A DNA stretch of 64,000 nucleotides from Planctomycetota bacterium (GTDB lineage Bacteria; Planctomycetota; B15-G4): assembly GCA_965248575.1 (NCBI GenBank), contig CBDFJQ010000002.1:3104001-3168000 (forward strand). Direction: 5' to 3'. Below, piece after piece: positions 17,706-26,560 of this stretch. Each line of letters opens with the position of its first letter. Position 1 is the first letter of the stretch. A program made the position numbers and the translations under genes. Below the pieces are notes generated by a model. It had not been told where the DNA came from, searched no databases, and saw only the letters and a program-made list of their open reading frames with translations.

Positions 17706-19528
17706 CCCTCCAATACCAAGCCGTGGGTTGGAACCCACAGAAGCGTGTCTACGACCTGCTCTTGGCTCTGGGTGTCGTGGGCTACATCGCCCTCTTCGTG
17801 CAAGTCTCGGCCCAGTTGCATCCGAACGCCACCGCCGAGACCCTGATCATCCGCGGCGTGGGCACCGCAGCCTTCCTGTTGCTGCACGTGATCCTGGCCA
17901 TCGGCCCGCTGTGTCGCCTCAGCCGGCGCTTCTTGCCGCTGCTCTACAACCGCAGGCACCTGGGTGTGTGCATGTTCCTGTTGGCCCTCGTGCACGGCGT
18001 GTTCGCGATCCTGCAATTCCACGGCTTCGGGGACACCAACCCGCTGCTGAGCGTGTTCACCGCCAACCCGCGCTACGACAGCCTCGCCCACTTCCCCTTC
18101 CAGCCACTGGGTTTCCTCGGCCTCTGCATCCTGTTCTTGATGGCGGCCACGAGTCACGACTTCTGGCTCGCCAACCTGACGGCGCCCATCTGGAAGGCCC
18201 TGCACATGTTTGTGTACGTGGCCTACGGCCTCCTGTTCATGCACGTCGCCTTGGGTTCCGTGCAGAGCGAGGCGAGCCTCCTTCTGCCTGCAACCTTGGC
18301 CGTGGGTGCCCTCGCGATCCTCAGCCTGCATCTCTTGGCGGCCCGCAAGGAACGCGCCAAGGACGTCTCCCGCTCGACACCCGGCGACGCCTTCGTAGAC
18401 GTTTGTGCCGTGGACGACATCCCGGAGAAGCGGGCCCACATCGTGACCTTGGCTGGGGAGCGGGTCGCGATCTTCCGCTACGACGGCCTCATCTCGGCCG
18501 TGTCCAACGCCTGCCAGCACCAGAACGGCCCGCTTGGAGAAGGGCGCATCCTGGACGGGACCATCACCTGCCCGTGGCACGGCTACCAGTACAAGCCGGA
18601 GTGCGGTCGCTCGCCCGAGCCGTTCACGGAGCGCATCCCCACTTTCCGCAGCGAGGTTCGAGACGGCCGTGTCTGGGTCGCTCCGGTTCCCTTGGCCTCC
18701 GGAACCCACGTGGAGCCCGCTCGCATCGACGAGGCCACAGCCAGCCCGGGGCGCGACCCGAAGGACGGGGAGTTCCACATCGGCTACCTGCCGAAGATGC
18801 CTGGCGGGTTGGCGGCGGGCACCCGCAGGGCCGTCCTCAGCGTGATGGTCTTCGCATGGGTGGTGGGGCTTAGCCTTGCCTCGGCCCAACGCCCCTTCGC
18901 CCTCATCAGTTTCGACTACCTGCAGCCCAGGGCATTCACCGGCCGGCTGGAGGAACAGCCTGTCCCCAGCTTGCTGGTGACCCCCCCCGGCGGCGGAAGC
19001 CCCATGCGCTTCCCCCTGGCGTGCGAGTTCAAGTGGGGCAGCGCGGCCGAGGTGGCAGGGCGCGACGGCGAGTTCGTGACGCTGATGGGCACTCTCGCCT
19101 ATCGGGATGGCAGGACCCTGGTGGAGCTCGTGCCGGGTTCGATCCGATCCGCCGGCCCTGCAGGGCCGGACGAAAAGCCCGCTTCGGCCCCCGTCTCCCT
19201 GGGCCAGCACACCCTGCGTGGCGAAATCGTGGACAGCAAGTGCTTCCTGGGGGTCATGAACCCGGGCGACCTGAAAGTCCACCGCTCCTGCGCCACGCGC
19301 TGCATCAGCGGTGGCATCCCCCCTGTGCTGGTGGTCCGGGACTCCCGGGGCGTCGCCGCCTACCTCTTCCTCATCGGAACCGATGGGCGATTGGTTAATC
19401 GCGAAGTATTGGCAATGATTGCGGAGCCGCTTGAGATCACAGGGGTCGTGGAGCGGCACGACGACCTGCTCGTGCTTCGAGCAGAACCGGAGACGTACCG
19501 ACGCCTGACCGGCACCGACGATCCATGA
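17702..19528 (+). CDS. Ferric-reductase/MsrQ-like heme-b membrane domain + Rieske domain + TM + Cys-containing C-terminal domain
   Basis: NRRHLGV, LVH, ATS, WKALH..VY..Y....H (heme His pattern); CQHQNGPL...CPWHG; GEIVDSKC...HRSCATRCISGGIPP. Start at the ATGA overlap, 17702. Confidence 0.85.
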   Translation: MTLQYQAVGWNPQKRVYDLLLALGVVGYIALFVQVSAQLHPNATAETLIIRGVGTAAFLLLHVILAIGPLCRLSRRFLPLLYNRRHLGVCMFLLALVHGVFAILQFHGFGDTNPLLSVFTANPRYDSLAHFPFQPLGFLGLCILFLMAATSHDFWLANLTAPIWKALHMFVYVAYGLLFMHVALGSVQSEASLLLPATLAVGALAILSLHLLAARKERAKDVSRSTPGDAFVDVCAVDDIPEKRAHIVTLAGERVAIFRYDGLISAVSNACQHQNGPLGEGRILDGTITCPWHGYQYKPECGRSPEPFTERIPTFRSEVRDGRVWVAPVPLASGTHVEPARIDEATASPGRDPKDGEFHIGYLPKMPGGLAAGTRRAVLSVMVFAWVVGLSLASAQRPFALISFDYLQPRAFTGRLEEQPVPSLLVTPPGGGSPMRFPLACEFKWGSAAEVAGRDGEFVTLMGTLAYRDGRTLVELVPGSIRSAGPAGPDEKPASAPVSLGQHTLRGEIVDSKCFLGVMNPGDLKVHRSCATRCISGGIPPVLVVRDSRGVAAYLFLIGTDGRLVNREVLAMIAEPLEITGVVERHDDLLVLRAEPETYRRLTGTDDP

Positions 19529-20367
19529 CTGACAGCAACGCCTACGCGCCGACACCCGAGGACAACGAGCCGACGGGAGCCAATCCCCAAGAGCTCTCCA
19601 GCCTCGCCCCCGGCGCTCCCACCCTCGTGATCCGGGAAGGCCACTACCTCGTGCGCTTCGCCCAGACCGCAGAGGAGCTGACGGCGGCGCTGCGTCTGCG
19701 CTACGAGATCTTCAACCTCGAGCTGGGTGAGGGTCTCGAGGAAAGCCATCTGAGCGGCCACGACGAAGACCGCTTCGACGCCGGCTGCCACCACCTGATC
19801 GTCCAGGACGAACGCTCCGGTGACATCATCGGCACGTACCGCATGCAGTCGGCGGAGATGGCCGCTCGAAACGGAGGCTTCTACTCCGAGGACGAGTACG
19901 ACCTGTCCGGCTTCCCCAAGCACGTGTTGGATCAATCGGTTGAGCTGGGCCGCGCCTGTGTCGCTGAAGCCCACCGCAAGCAACGCGTGCTCTTTGGCTT
20001 GTGGAAGGGGCTGGCGGCCTACGTCACGGTCATGAACAAGCGCTACCTCTTCGGTTGCTGCTCGCTCACCAGCCAGGACCCCCACGAAGGGCGTCGGGTG
20101 CTGGAGAAGCTCCGCCACGACGGCTTGATCCATCCGGAGTACGTCGTGCAACCGCGACCAGCGGTCTTGTGCGAGGACACGGATGGTTCGGTGGTGAACG
20201 TCAACAGCGTGAAACTGCCGACCCTGTTCGCCACCTACCTGCGCTTCGGCGCACTCGTGTGCAGCCCGCCGGCCATCGACCGCGAGTTCAAGACCATCGA
20301 CTATCTGGTGCTGATGGACACGGCCACCCTGCCGGCGCGCACCCGGGCCACCTTCTTCGGCGACTGA
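19525..20367 (+). CDS. GNAT N-acyltransferase, OlsB (ornithine N-acyltransferase)-like
   Basis: RLRYEIF..ELG, DEDRFD..CHHLIV, IGTYRM, GFYSEDEYD, VELGRACV, YLFGCCS, YLRFGA.VC..PAIDREF.TID. Confidence 0.85.
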   Translation: MTDSNAYAPTPEDNEPTGANPQELSSLAPGAPTLVIREGHYLVRFAQTAEELTAALRLRYEIFNLELGEGLEESHLSGHDEDRFDAGCHHLIVQDERSGDIIGTYRMQSAEMAARNGGFYSEDEYDLSGFPKHVLDQSVELGRACVAEAHRKQRVLFGLWKGLAAYVTVMNKRYLFGCCSLTSQDPHEGRRVLEKLRHDGLIHPEYVVQPRPAVLCEDTDGSVVNVNSVKLPTLFATYLRFGALVCSPPAIDREFKTIDYLVLMDTATLPARTRATFFGD

Positions 20368-21183
20368 ATGCTGCTTGTCGCGGGAGTCCGCCTCGTCGCC
20401 TTCCTGCTCTGGTCGGTGATATCCCTGCTGCTTGCGCTCTTGGCGCAGATCCCCTTGCAGATAGCTCCTCGGCTTGGGGCACACCTGCGTCGCGCCGTCT
20501 CCGTGCTCTGGGCCCGAGGGGTATGCGTGATCATCGGCCTGCGACTAAAGACCGAGGGCGAGATCCCCAAGCCGCCCTTCATCCTGGTCACCAACCACCT
20601 GAGCTACGTGGACATCGTCGTCATCATGGCGGTGGTCCCGAGCATCTTCGTGGCCAAGTCGGAGGTAGCCCGCTGGCCCCTGCTCGGGCTGATGGCCCGG
20701 GTGGGCAGCACGGTCTTCGTGAATCGCGCGAACAAGAAGGACCTGATGCGGGTCAACGGCGTCATGCCGCAGGTGCTCGCCCGCGGTGAGGGGCTCTGCT
20801 TCTTTCCGGAAGGGACGAGCTCACGCGGGGTCGACGTGATGCCTTTCCGCTCGTCCCTGCTGGAGCCCGCCGTCACGCTCGCGCAGCCCGTGAGCTTCGC
20901 GAGCATCACCTACACCACGCCAGACGGCAGCGTCCCACCAGACATGTCCATTTGCTGGTGGGGTGACATGACCTTCGGCGCGCACTTCTGGGAGTTGCTG
21001 CAGTTGCCGCGCATGGACGGCTGTATCCGCTTCGGGGCGGAGCGCCTGAGCGGTGAGTCGCGCCACGAACTGGCGAGCCGGTTGCATGAGGCCGTCTCCA
21101 ACACCTTTACGCCGGTACCCCAGTCACCGGCATCCCAGCACGATCCCACGCACGCCGACTCCCAAAGCGGCGAGCCCTCATGA
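20368..21183 (+). CDS. Lysolipid O-acyltransferase (PlsC family, OlsA-like)
   Basis: NHLSYVD, FVAKSEV..WP..G, FFPEGTSS; immediately follows the OlsB-like gene. Confidence 0.9.
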   Translation: MLLVAGVRLVAFLLWSVISLLLALLAQIPLQIAPRLGAHLRRAVSVLWARGVCVIIGLRLKTEGEIPKPPFILVTNHLSYVDIVVIMAVVPSIFVAKSEVARWPLLGLMARVGSTVFVNRANKKDLMRVNGVMPQVLARGEGLCFFPEGTSSRGVDVMPFRSSLLEPAVTLAQPVSFASITYTTPDGSVPPDMSICWWGDMTFGAHFWELLQLPRMDGCIRFGAERLSGESRHELASRLHEAVSNTFTPVPQSPASQHDPTHADSQSGEPS

Positions 21184-23834
21184 ACATCTGGCGCCGCCTG
21201 GGCTGGATCGTGTTGGCGATCTACATCCTGACGCTGACGGCCTCCAACATCTGGTGGGCCACCCACCCGCGACCAGAGGTTTCGCTCCCGGACGGCAAGT
21301 ACGCCATCTCTCTCGAGCAGGAGGAGGGCCCGCCGCTGCGAATGGCCTACCAACGCCTGAGCTCGCCCAGCACACCGGACGCTCCCCAGGCACCTCCGAC
21401 CCTCGTCCTGATCCACGGCAGCCCCGGTCGCAGCGAGAACTTCACGCCCAGCAGCCGCAACCCTGGCATGGCGCGCGCCCTCGCCCAGCACTTCCAGGTG
21501 CTCATTCCGGATCTGCCTGGCTTCGGTGACTCCACCATCGGCGCGCCGGACCTCTCCATCCAGGCCCACGCTGGGCACCTGCTTTCCCTGTTGGACCAGC
21601 TGGAGATCCCCCGCGCGCATCTCGTCGGCTACAGCATGGGTGGCGGGCCGGCCCTGCATCTGTGGGAGCGGGCGCCGGAGCGCGTGGCCTCCATCACCCT
21701 GCTCTCCTCAATCGGCGTGCAGGAGATGGAGTTGCTGGGCGACTACACCATGAACCACGCGCTGCACAGCCTGCAGCTCACGGCCTTCAAGTTGGCGCGC
21801 ATCCTGTTCCCGCACTTCGGTGCGACAGAGTGGCTCGACAAGGCGGTTGCCTACGCGCGCAACTTCCACGAGACGGACCAACGACCCTTGCGAGGTCTGC
21901 TGGAAGCCTTCGAGCCGCCCATGCTGATCCTGCATGGCGAAGCCGACCCACTCGTGTCCGTGGGGGCCGCACGAGAACATGCGCGCATCGTTCCCCAAAG
22001 CGTCTTGTGGGTGAACGATCAGAGCCACTTCATGGTCTTTGAGAGTCGCCCGGCCCTGCTCGAGCCGCTGGTTGCCTTCGTGGAGGCTGTCGAGTCGGGA
22101 GCAGCCTTGCACCGGAGCGAAGCCAGCGCCGCGCGCCTGGCCCGCGCTGCCGAGGCCTTCGACCCCAGCTCAGTGCCGCCTGCGACAGGCCCCTTCCTGG
22201 CCCTGCTGATCCTGCTCATCGCCCTCTCCACCTTGGTCAGCGAAGACCTCACGTGCATCGGTGCCGGGCTCATGGCTGCCAATGGGCAGATCACGTGGCT
22301 CGCCGCGTCCGCCGCCTGCCTGCTGGGCATCTTCGTGGGCGACATCATGTTGTTCCTGGCCGGGCGCCTGCTCGGGCGCCCCGCCGTGCGCCGTGCCCCC
22401 CTCAAGTGGTTCGTCACCGCGGCCGCCCTCGAACGCAGTCAGCGCTGGTTCGACAAACGCGGCCCCGCCGTGATCCTGCTCAGTCGCTTCATGCCGGGCA
22501 TGCGCCTCCCCACCTACGTCGCTGCAGGAGTCCTCGGCACGGGCTTGCTGAAGTTCTGCCTTTGGTTCCTGGCTGCGGGCCTGCTCTGGACCCCCGCCTT
22601 GGTGGGCCTGTCCATGGTGGCCGGCGGACAGATCCTGGACGCCTTCGGGTGGATGGAAGAGCACCCGCTGCTCGGCGTGGCCGCAGTGATCGGCACCCTG
22701 ATGCTGGTGCTCAAGCTCGCCGTGCCCATGCTCAGCCACCGCGGGCGGCGGCTCCTCTACGGCCGCTGGTTGCGTCTCACGCGCTGGGAGTTCTGGCCAC
22801 CGTGGGTGTTCTACCCGCCCGTCGTGGCGGCCATCGCCTGGTTGGGCCTGAAGCACCGGAGTCTCGCGGTCGTCACGGCCGTCAACCCCTGCATGCCTGC
22901 AGGCGGCATCATCGGCGAGTCGAAGACCGAGATTCTCGAACACATGCGTCGCTGCTTCGGCCAGGCCGAAGCCACAGTACGAACCGTCCAACTCTCGAAC
23001 GTCCTGCCGTTCAGCACCGAGATCTGCGCCGAGCTGTCCGCGGAGGAGCGCCTCGCGCGCGTACACGCCTTCCTCTCCGAGCACGCCCTCGACTACCCGG
23101 TGGTGCTCAAGCCGGACGCCGGTCAGCGAGGCTCGGGCGTCGAGATCATGCACGCCGCCCAGGACATCCCGGCCGCCCTGGAACGACTGCCCGTCGATCT
23201 CATCGCCCAGGAGTTCGTGCACGGTCTCGAGTTCGGCGTCTTCTATGCACGGCAGCCGGGGGAAGACGGGGAGGTCTTCTCCATCACCGAGAAGATCACG
23301 CCCACGGTGACGGGCGACGGGACACGAAGCGTCGAAGAGCTGCTGCTCGACGACGCCCGGGCCCCCGCCATGTACAAGGTCTACAGCGCACTCCTGGGCG
23401 AGCGCCTGAGCGATGTGCCCGAAGTGGGCGAGACGGTTCGCCTCACGGAGATCGGGGCCCACGCCTGCGGCACCATCTTCCGCGACGCCCACGACCTGCA
23501 CACCCCGCAACTCGCAGCCGCCATCGACGCCATCAGCCGTCCCATCAAAGGCTTCTCCTTCGGGCGCTTCGACATCATGGTCCGCTCGAAGGAACATCTT
23601 CAGCGCGGTGAGGGGCTGCGGGTCATCGAGCTCAACGGCCTGACCTCGGAAGCCACGCACATCTACGACGCCAGGACACCACTGATCACGGCCTGGCGCA
23701 CCCTGGCCTCACAATGGGCCAGGGCCTTCCGCATCGGCGCAGCCCACCGCGCGCAGGGCACCCCCACGACCTCCATGATCGCCCTGGCGGGCATGACCCT
23801 AGGCTTCCTGCGCAGCGACCGGCGGCGTCGCTAG
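21180..23834 (+). CDS. Triple fusion: alpha/beta hydrolase + DedA/VTT membrane domain + ATP-grasp ligase-like domain
   Basis: Hydrolase HGSPG, GYSMGG, GEADP, SH; DedA SEDL, RFMPGMR; ATP-grasp YPVVLKPD.GQRG.GV, QEFV, EFGVFY, GRFDI, IELNG. Confidence 0.85.
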   Translation: MNIWRRLGWIVLAIYILTLTASNIWWATHPRPEVSLPDGKYAISLEQEEGPPLRMAYQRLSSPSTPDAPQAPPTLVLIHGSPGRSENFTPSSRNPGMARALAQHFQVLIPDLPGFGDSTIGAPDLSIQAHAGHLLSLLDQLEIPRAHLVGYSMGGGPALHLWERAPERVASITLLSSIGVQEMELLGDYTMNHALHSLQLTAFKLARILFPHFGATEWLDKAVAYARNFHETDQRPLRGLLEAFEPPMLILHGEADPLVSVGAAREHARIVPQSVLWVNDQSHFMVFESRPALLEPLVAFVEAVESGAALHRSEASAARLARAAEAFDPSSVPPATGPFLALLILLIALSTLVSEDLTCIGAGLMAANGQITWLAASAACLLGIFVGDIMLFLAGRLLGRPAVRRAPLKWFVTAAALERSQRWFDKRGPAVILLSRFMPGMRLPTYVAAGVLGTGLLKFCLWFLAAGLLWTPALVGLSMVAGGQILDAFGWMEEHPLLGVAAVIGTLMLVLKLAVPMLSHRGRRLLYGRWLRLTRWEFWPPWVFYPPVVAAIAWLGLKHRSLAVVTAVNPCMPAGGIIGESKTEILEHMRRCFGQAEATVRTVQLSNVLPFSTEICAELSAEERLARVHAFLSEHALDYPVVLKPDAGQRGSGVEIMHAAQDIPAALERLPVDLIAQEFVHGLEFGVFYARQPGEDGEVFSITEKITPTVTGDGTRSVEELLLDDARAPAMYKVYSALLGERLSDVPEVGETVRLTEIGAHACGTIFRDAHDLHTPQLAAAIDAISRPIKGFSFGRFDIMVRSKEHLQRGEGLRVIELNGLTSEATHIYDARTPLITAWRTLASQWARAFRIGAAHRAQGTPTTSMIALAGMTLGFLRSDRRRR

Positions 23835-24008
23835 GAGATCACTCCTCCTTTGCGCAGCGAGGTTTGCCGGGCGTGTCTGTCCCGTGGACAACTCCCGCAC
23901 GCGCTCGGCTGCGGACTGCTCGCCTGTCGCGACGGCGGCGGTCGTGCCCGAAACAAAGCGCTGATTGCCGTCGATGAGTCGCTGGAGGTCGTCGCGTGCT
24001 GCTGTCAT
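23799..24008 (-). pseudogene. N-terminal remnant of a beta-carbonic anhydrase
   Basis: MTAARDDLQRLIDGNQRFVSG...RVRELSTGQ matches the beta-CA N-terminus, but the following CxDxR zinc motif is absent in the frames I read. Confidence 0.6.
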
Positions 24009-24016
24009 GGCTTTGC

Positions 24017-25471
24017 TCAACCCCCGTTGGGGTTGCCGCCTTCAACCCAGGCCGGGTCCAGCGTGCCCTGGGCCAGGGAGAGAATGGCCTCGTAGGAAGC
24101 CTCGACACAGGCCTTCATGTGGGCCCATTCCATCGTGCTGGTCTCGTCTGAAAGCTGGTGGTAGTGCTCGGCGTCGCCGCCGCTGCTGATGGAGTGCCCG
24201 GGGATCCCGGCCTCCACGAAGGGCAGGTTGTCCGAGCGGAAGAACAGTTGCAGTTGCGGGTACGGGTCGGCCACGAAGGGCAGGCCGGCGTCCACCCAAG
24301 CCTGCCCCACGTTGCTGCGTTCGAAGCCCGTCAGGAACAGCTTGCCACTGCCGCCCGCGCCCTCATCGGCCTCGCCGATCATCTCGAAGTTGAGGTTGCA
24401 GACGATCTGCTCCAAGGGCACCGGGGAGTTCTTCACGAAGTAACGGCTCCCCAGCAGGCCCTGCTCCTCGGCGGTTACGAGCACGAAGAGCAGCGTGCGT
24501 GCGGGGGGCTGCCCCTCACCGAAGAGGCGCGCGAGCTCCAGCACCGCTGCCACGCCGCTGGCGTCGTCGTTTGCACCGTTGAAGACCTGGTCTTCCGCTT
24601 CGGGGTCAGAGTGGACCCCGACATGGTCGTAGTGGGCAGTGAACACCAGCACCTCATCGGCCAGTTCCGGGCGCGACGGGCTGCCGACCCCGGGAATGCG
24701 GCCCACGACGTTCACGGCATCGACCGGCGCCGTGCCCTGCAGGTCGAAGGTGACATGCGTCAACTCTCCGGATCGCACACGCGCCAAGGCCGGGCCGCCC
24801 AACATGATCGAAGCCGGCGCACCCGGACGCCCCACCAGATGGCTGGGTGCGGGCCTCGCCGAGCCCGGCTCCTCGCGGCCAGCGAAGATCACCACGTCGG
24901 CAGCTGCAGCCAGTTCCTCGCGGTGTTCCTGGGCAAAGCGGAAACCGAGCACCGGCTCCCCCAGGTCCAGGAACAGGGCCACGGGCTCGTCGCCCAGACC
25001 CTCGGGAATCGTCGGCTCGTTCATGGTCACGATGCGCGCGTTGGTGACGGGGGAGATCCCGGACAGCAGCCGGAAGTCGGTGCCGTGCACGCACGAGGCC
25101 GGGTCAACGTCATGGCCCATGAGAAACAGGGCCGGGGGGCGCGTCACCTCCATCCCCTTCAGGTCCATGGCCTGGAACCAGCTGCCGCTCTCGCCAGCGG
25201 GCTCGGCACCTGCGGCCTTCAACACCTGGGAGATGTACTTGGCCGCTCGCAAGGACTCGAGCGTGCCGGTGTCTCGCCCGCGCAGCACGTCAGACGCCAG
25301 GAAGCCCACGTGAGCACGCAGGTTTCCGTCCAAACCCATGTCCGGGGCAGGTGGCACATCGTCCGAAGCGAGGGGAGCCCCCTGGCACGCGATGAGCGTG
25401 CTGACGACCAGCGCGAGAACGAATGACGGCGCGGCCTGAGACGCGCGATGCTGCAAAGTGGTTCGAATCAT
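24017..25471 (-). CDS. M28 family peptidase (lipoprotein)
   Basis: Lipobox LIAC; LASD.L.GR.TG, AHYDHVG, NGANDDASG, AEEQGLLGS, RSDN.PF, YHQ. Confidence 0.9.
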   Translation of the reverse strand: MIRTTLQHRASQAAPSFVLALVVSTLIACQGAPLASDDVPPAPDMGLDGNLRAHVGFLASDVLRGRDTGTLESLRAAKYISQVLKAAGAEPAGESGSWFQAMDLKGMEVTRPPALFLMGHDVDPASCVHGTDFRLLSGISPVTNARIVTMNEPTIPEGLGDEPVALFLDLGEPVLGFRFAQEHREELAAAADVVIFAGREEPGSARPAPSHLVGRPGAPASIMLGGPALARVRSGELTHVTFDLQGTAPVDAVNVVGRIPGVGSPSRPELADEVLVFTAHYDHVGVHSDPEAEDQVFNGANDDASGVAAVLELARLFGEGQPPARTLLFVLVTAEEQGLLGSRYFVKNSPVPLEQIVCNLNFEMIGEADEGAGGSGKLFLTGFERSNVGQAWVDAGLPFVADPYPQLQLFFRSDNLPFVEAGIPGHSISSGGDAEHYHQLSDETSTMEWAHMKACVEASYEAILSLAQGTLDPAWVEGGNPNGG

Positions 25472-25481
25472 GCGGCGCAGG

Positions 25482-26513
25482 TTAGCAGCCCAGGTCGAAG
25501 CGCTGAAAGCCGCCCGCATACCGGCTGGCAAAGTCGCCGAACAGCTCAGGATGGACGCAGGCAGCCAGAACCTCCAGCGAATCCACCATGCGCGGCCCGG
25601 GCCGATTGAAATAGGCATTCCCATCCGCCACCCAGACTGCGCCCTGCTCCACGGCTGGCCAGGGCATGCCGCGCAACAGCTTCGCCAGCTCCTTGCCCTC
25701 CGTCAGGGTCTTCTCCAACGGAAAGCCGCAGGGCTTCACCAACACGACGTCGGGCGCAGGGTCCAGGGCGGCCAGCTGCTCGGCATCCAAGGTCGGTGCG
25801 TACTCCCCCGGTGTCGTCACGAGAGCTTGGCCGCCAGCCAGGCTCACCAGCTCGGGCATCCACATGCCACCGATCATGACGGGGTCGATCCACTCGATGG
25901 TGAGCACCTTGGGTCGACCGCCCGCAGGGCGCCGTGCGCCCGTTGCACCGCTGGCAGAAGGGGAGGCGTCGTCTGCGAGGGCTTCTTCCGCCCGGCGCCG
26001 CACCGCCTCGATGCGCTCATCCATTCCGGCCACGGTCTCGGCGGCCGCATCCGCCCGACCCAAGGCCTCTCCGACCCGCAGCAGATCCTGCCGGATGTCC
26101 TCCAGGACCCTGGGGTGCAGGTTCACCATGCGCAGTTCAGGGTGCGTCAGGCCCTTGGCCGCCTCGAGCACATCGTCGTAGGCCACGGCGCACACCTCGC
26201 ACAAATCCTGCGTGATGATCACGTCGGGCGCGGCGCGCTGCAAGGCCTCGGCGTCCACGTCATAGACCGCGAGAGCGTCCTTGAGCACACGACGCAGGTC
26301 GCGGTCGATCTCCCCTGAGCCCCGCTCAACGCTGAGGCGGCTGCTCGTGAGCACCGGCCTCCCGATGACGCTCGCTGGGTAGTCGCACTCGTGCGAAACG
26401 CCCACGAGGTGCTGTCCCATGCCGACGGCGCAGACCATTTCGGTGGCGGAGGGCAGCAGGCTGACGACGCGAGGGGCAGAGACCTCTGACACTTCGTTAG
26501 GTGGCGGGCACAT
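25482..26513 (-). CDS. BtuF-like cobalamin/Fe-siderophore-binding family protein
   Basis: RVVSLLPSATEMV, VGVSHECDYP, PDVIITQDLC.VCAV, EW.DP, PCGF, DGNAYFNRPGPR. Confidence 0.85.
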   Translation of the reverse strand: MCPPPNEVSEVSAPRVVSLLPSATEMVCAVGMGQHLVGVSHECDYPASVIGRPVLTSSRLSVERGSGEIDRDLRRVLKDALAVYDVDAEALQRAAPDVIITQDLCEVCAVAYDDVLEAAKGLTHPELRMVNLHPRVLEDIRQDLLRVGEALGRADAAAETVAGMDERIEAVRRRAEEALADDASPSASGATGARRPAGGRPKVLTIEWIDPVMIGGMWMPELVSLAGGQALVTTPGEYAPTLDAEQLAALDPAPDVVLVKPCGFPLEKTLTEGKELAKLLRGMPWPAVEQGAVWVADGNAYFNRPGPRMVDSLEVLAACVHPELFGDFASRYAGGFQRFDLGC

Positions 26514-26560
26514 GGCGAGGGAGTGTAGACGAGAGCCAGCCTCGCGACGACCGGCCGTCC

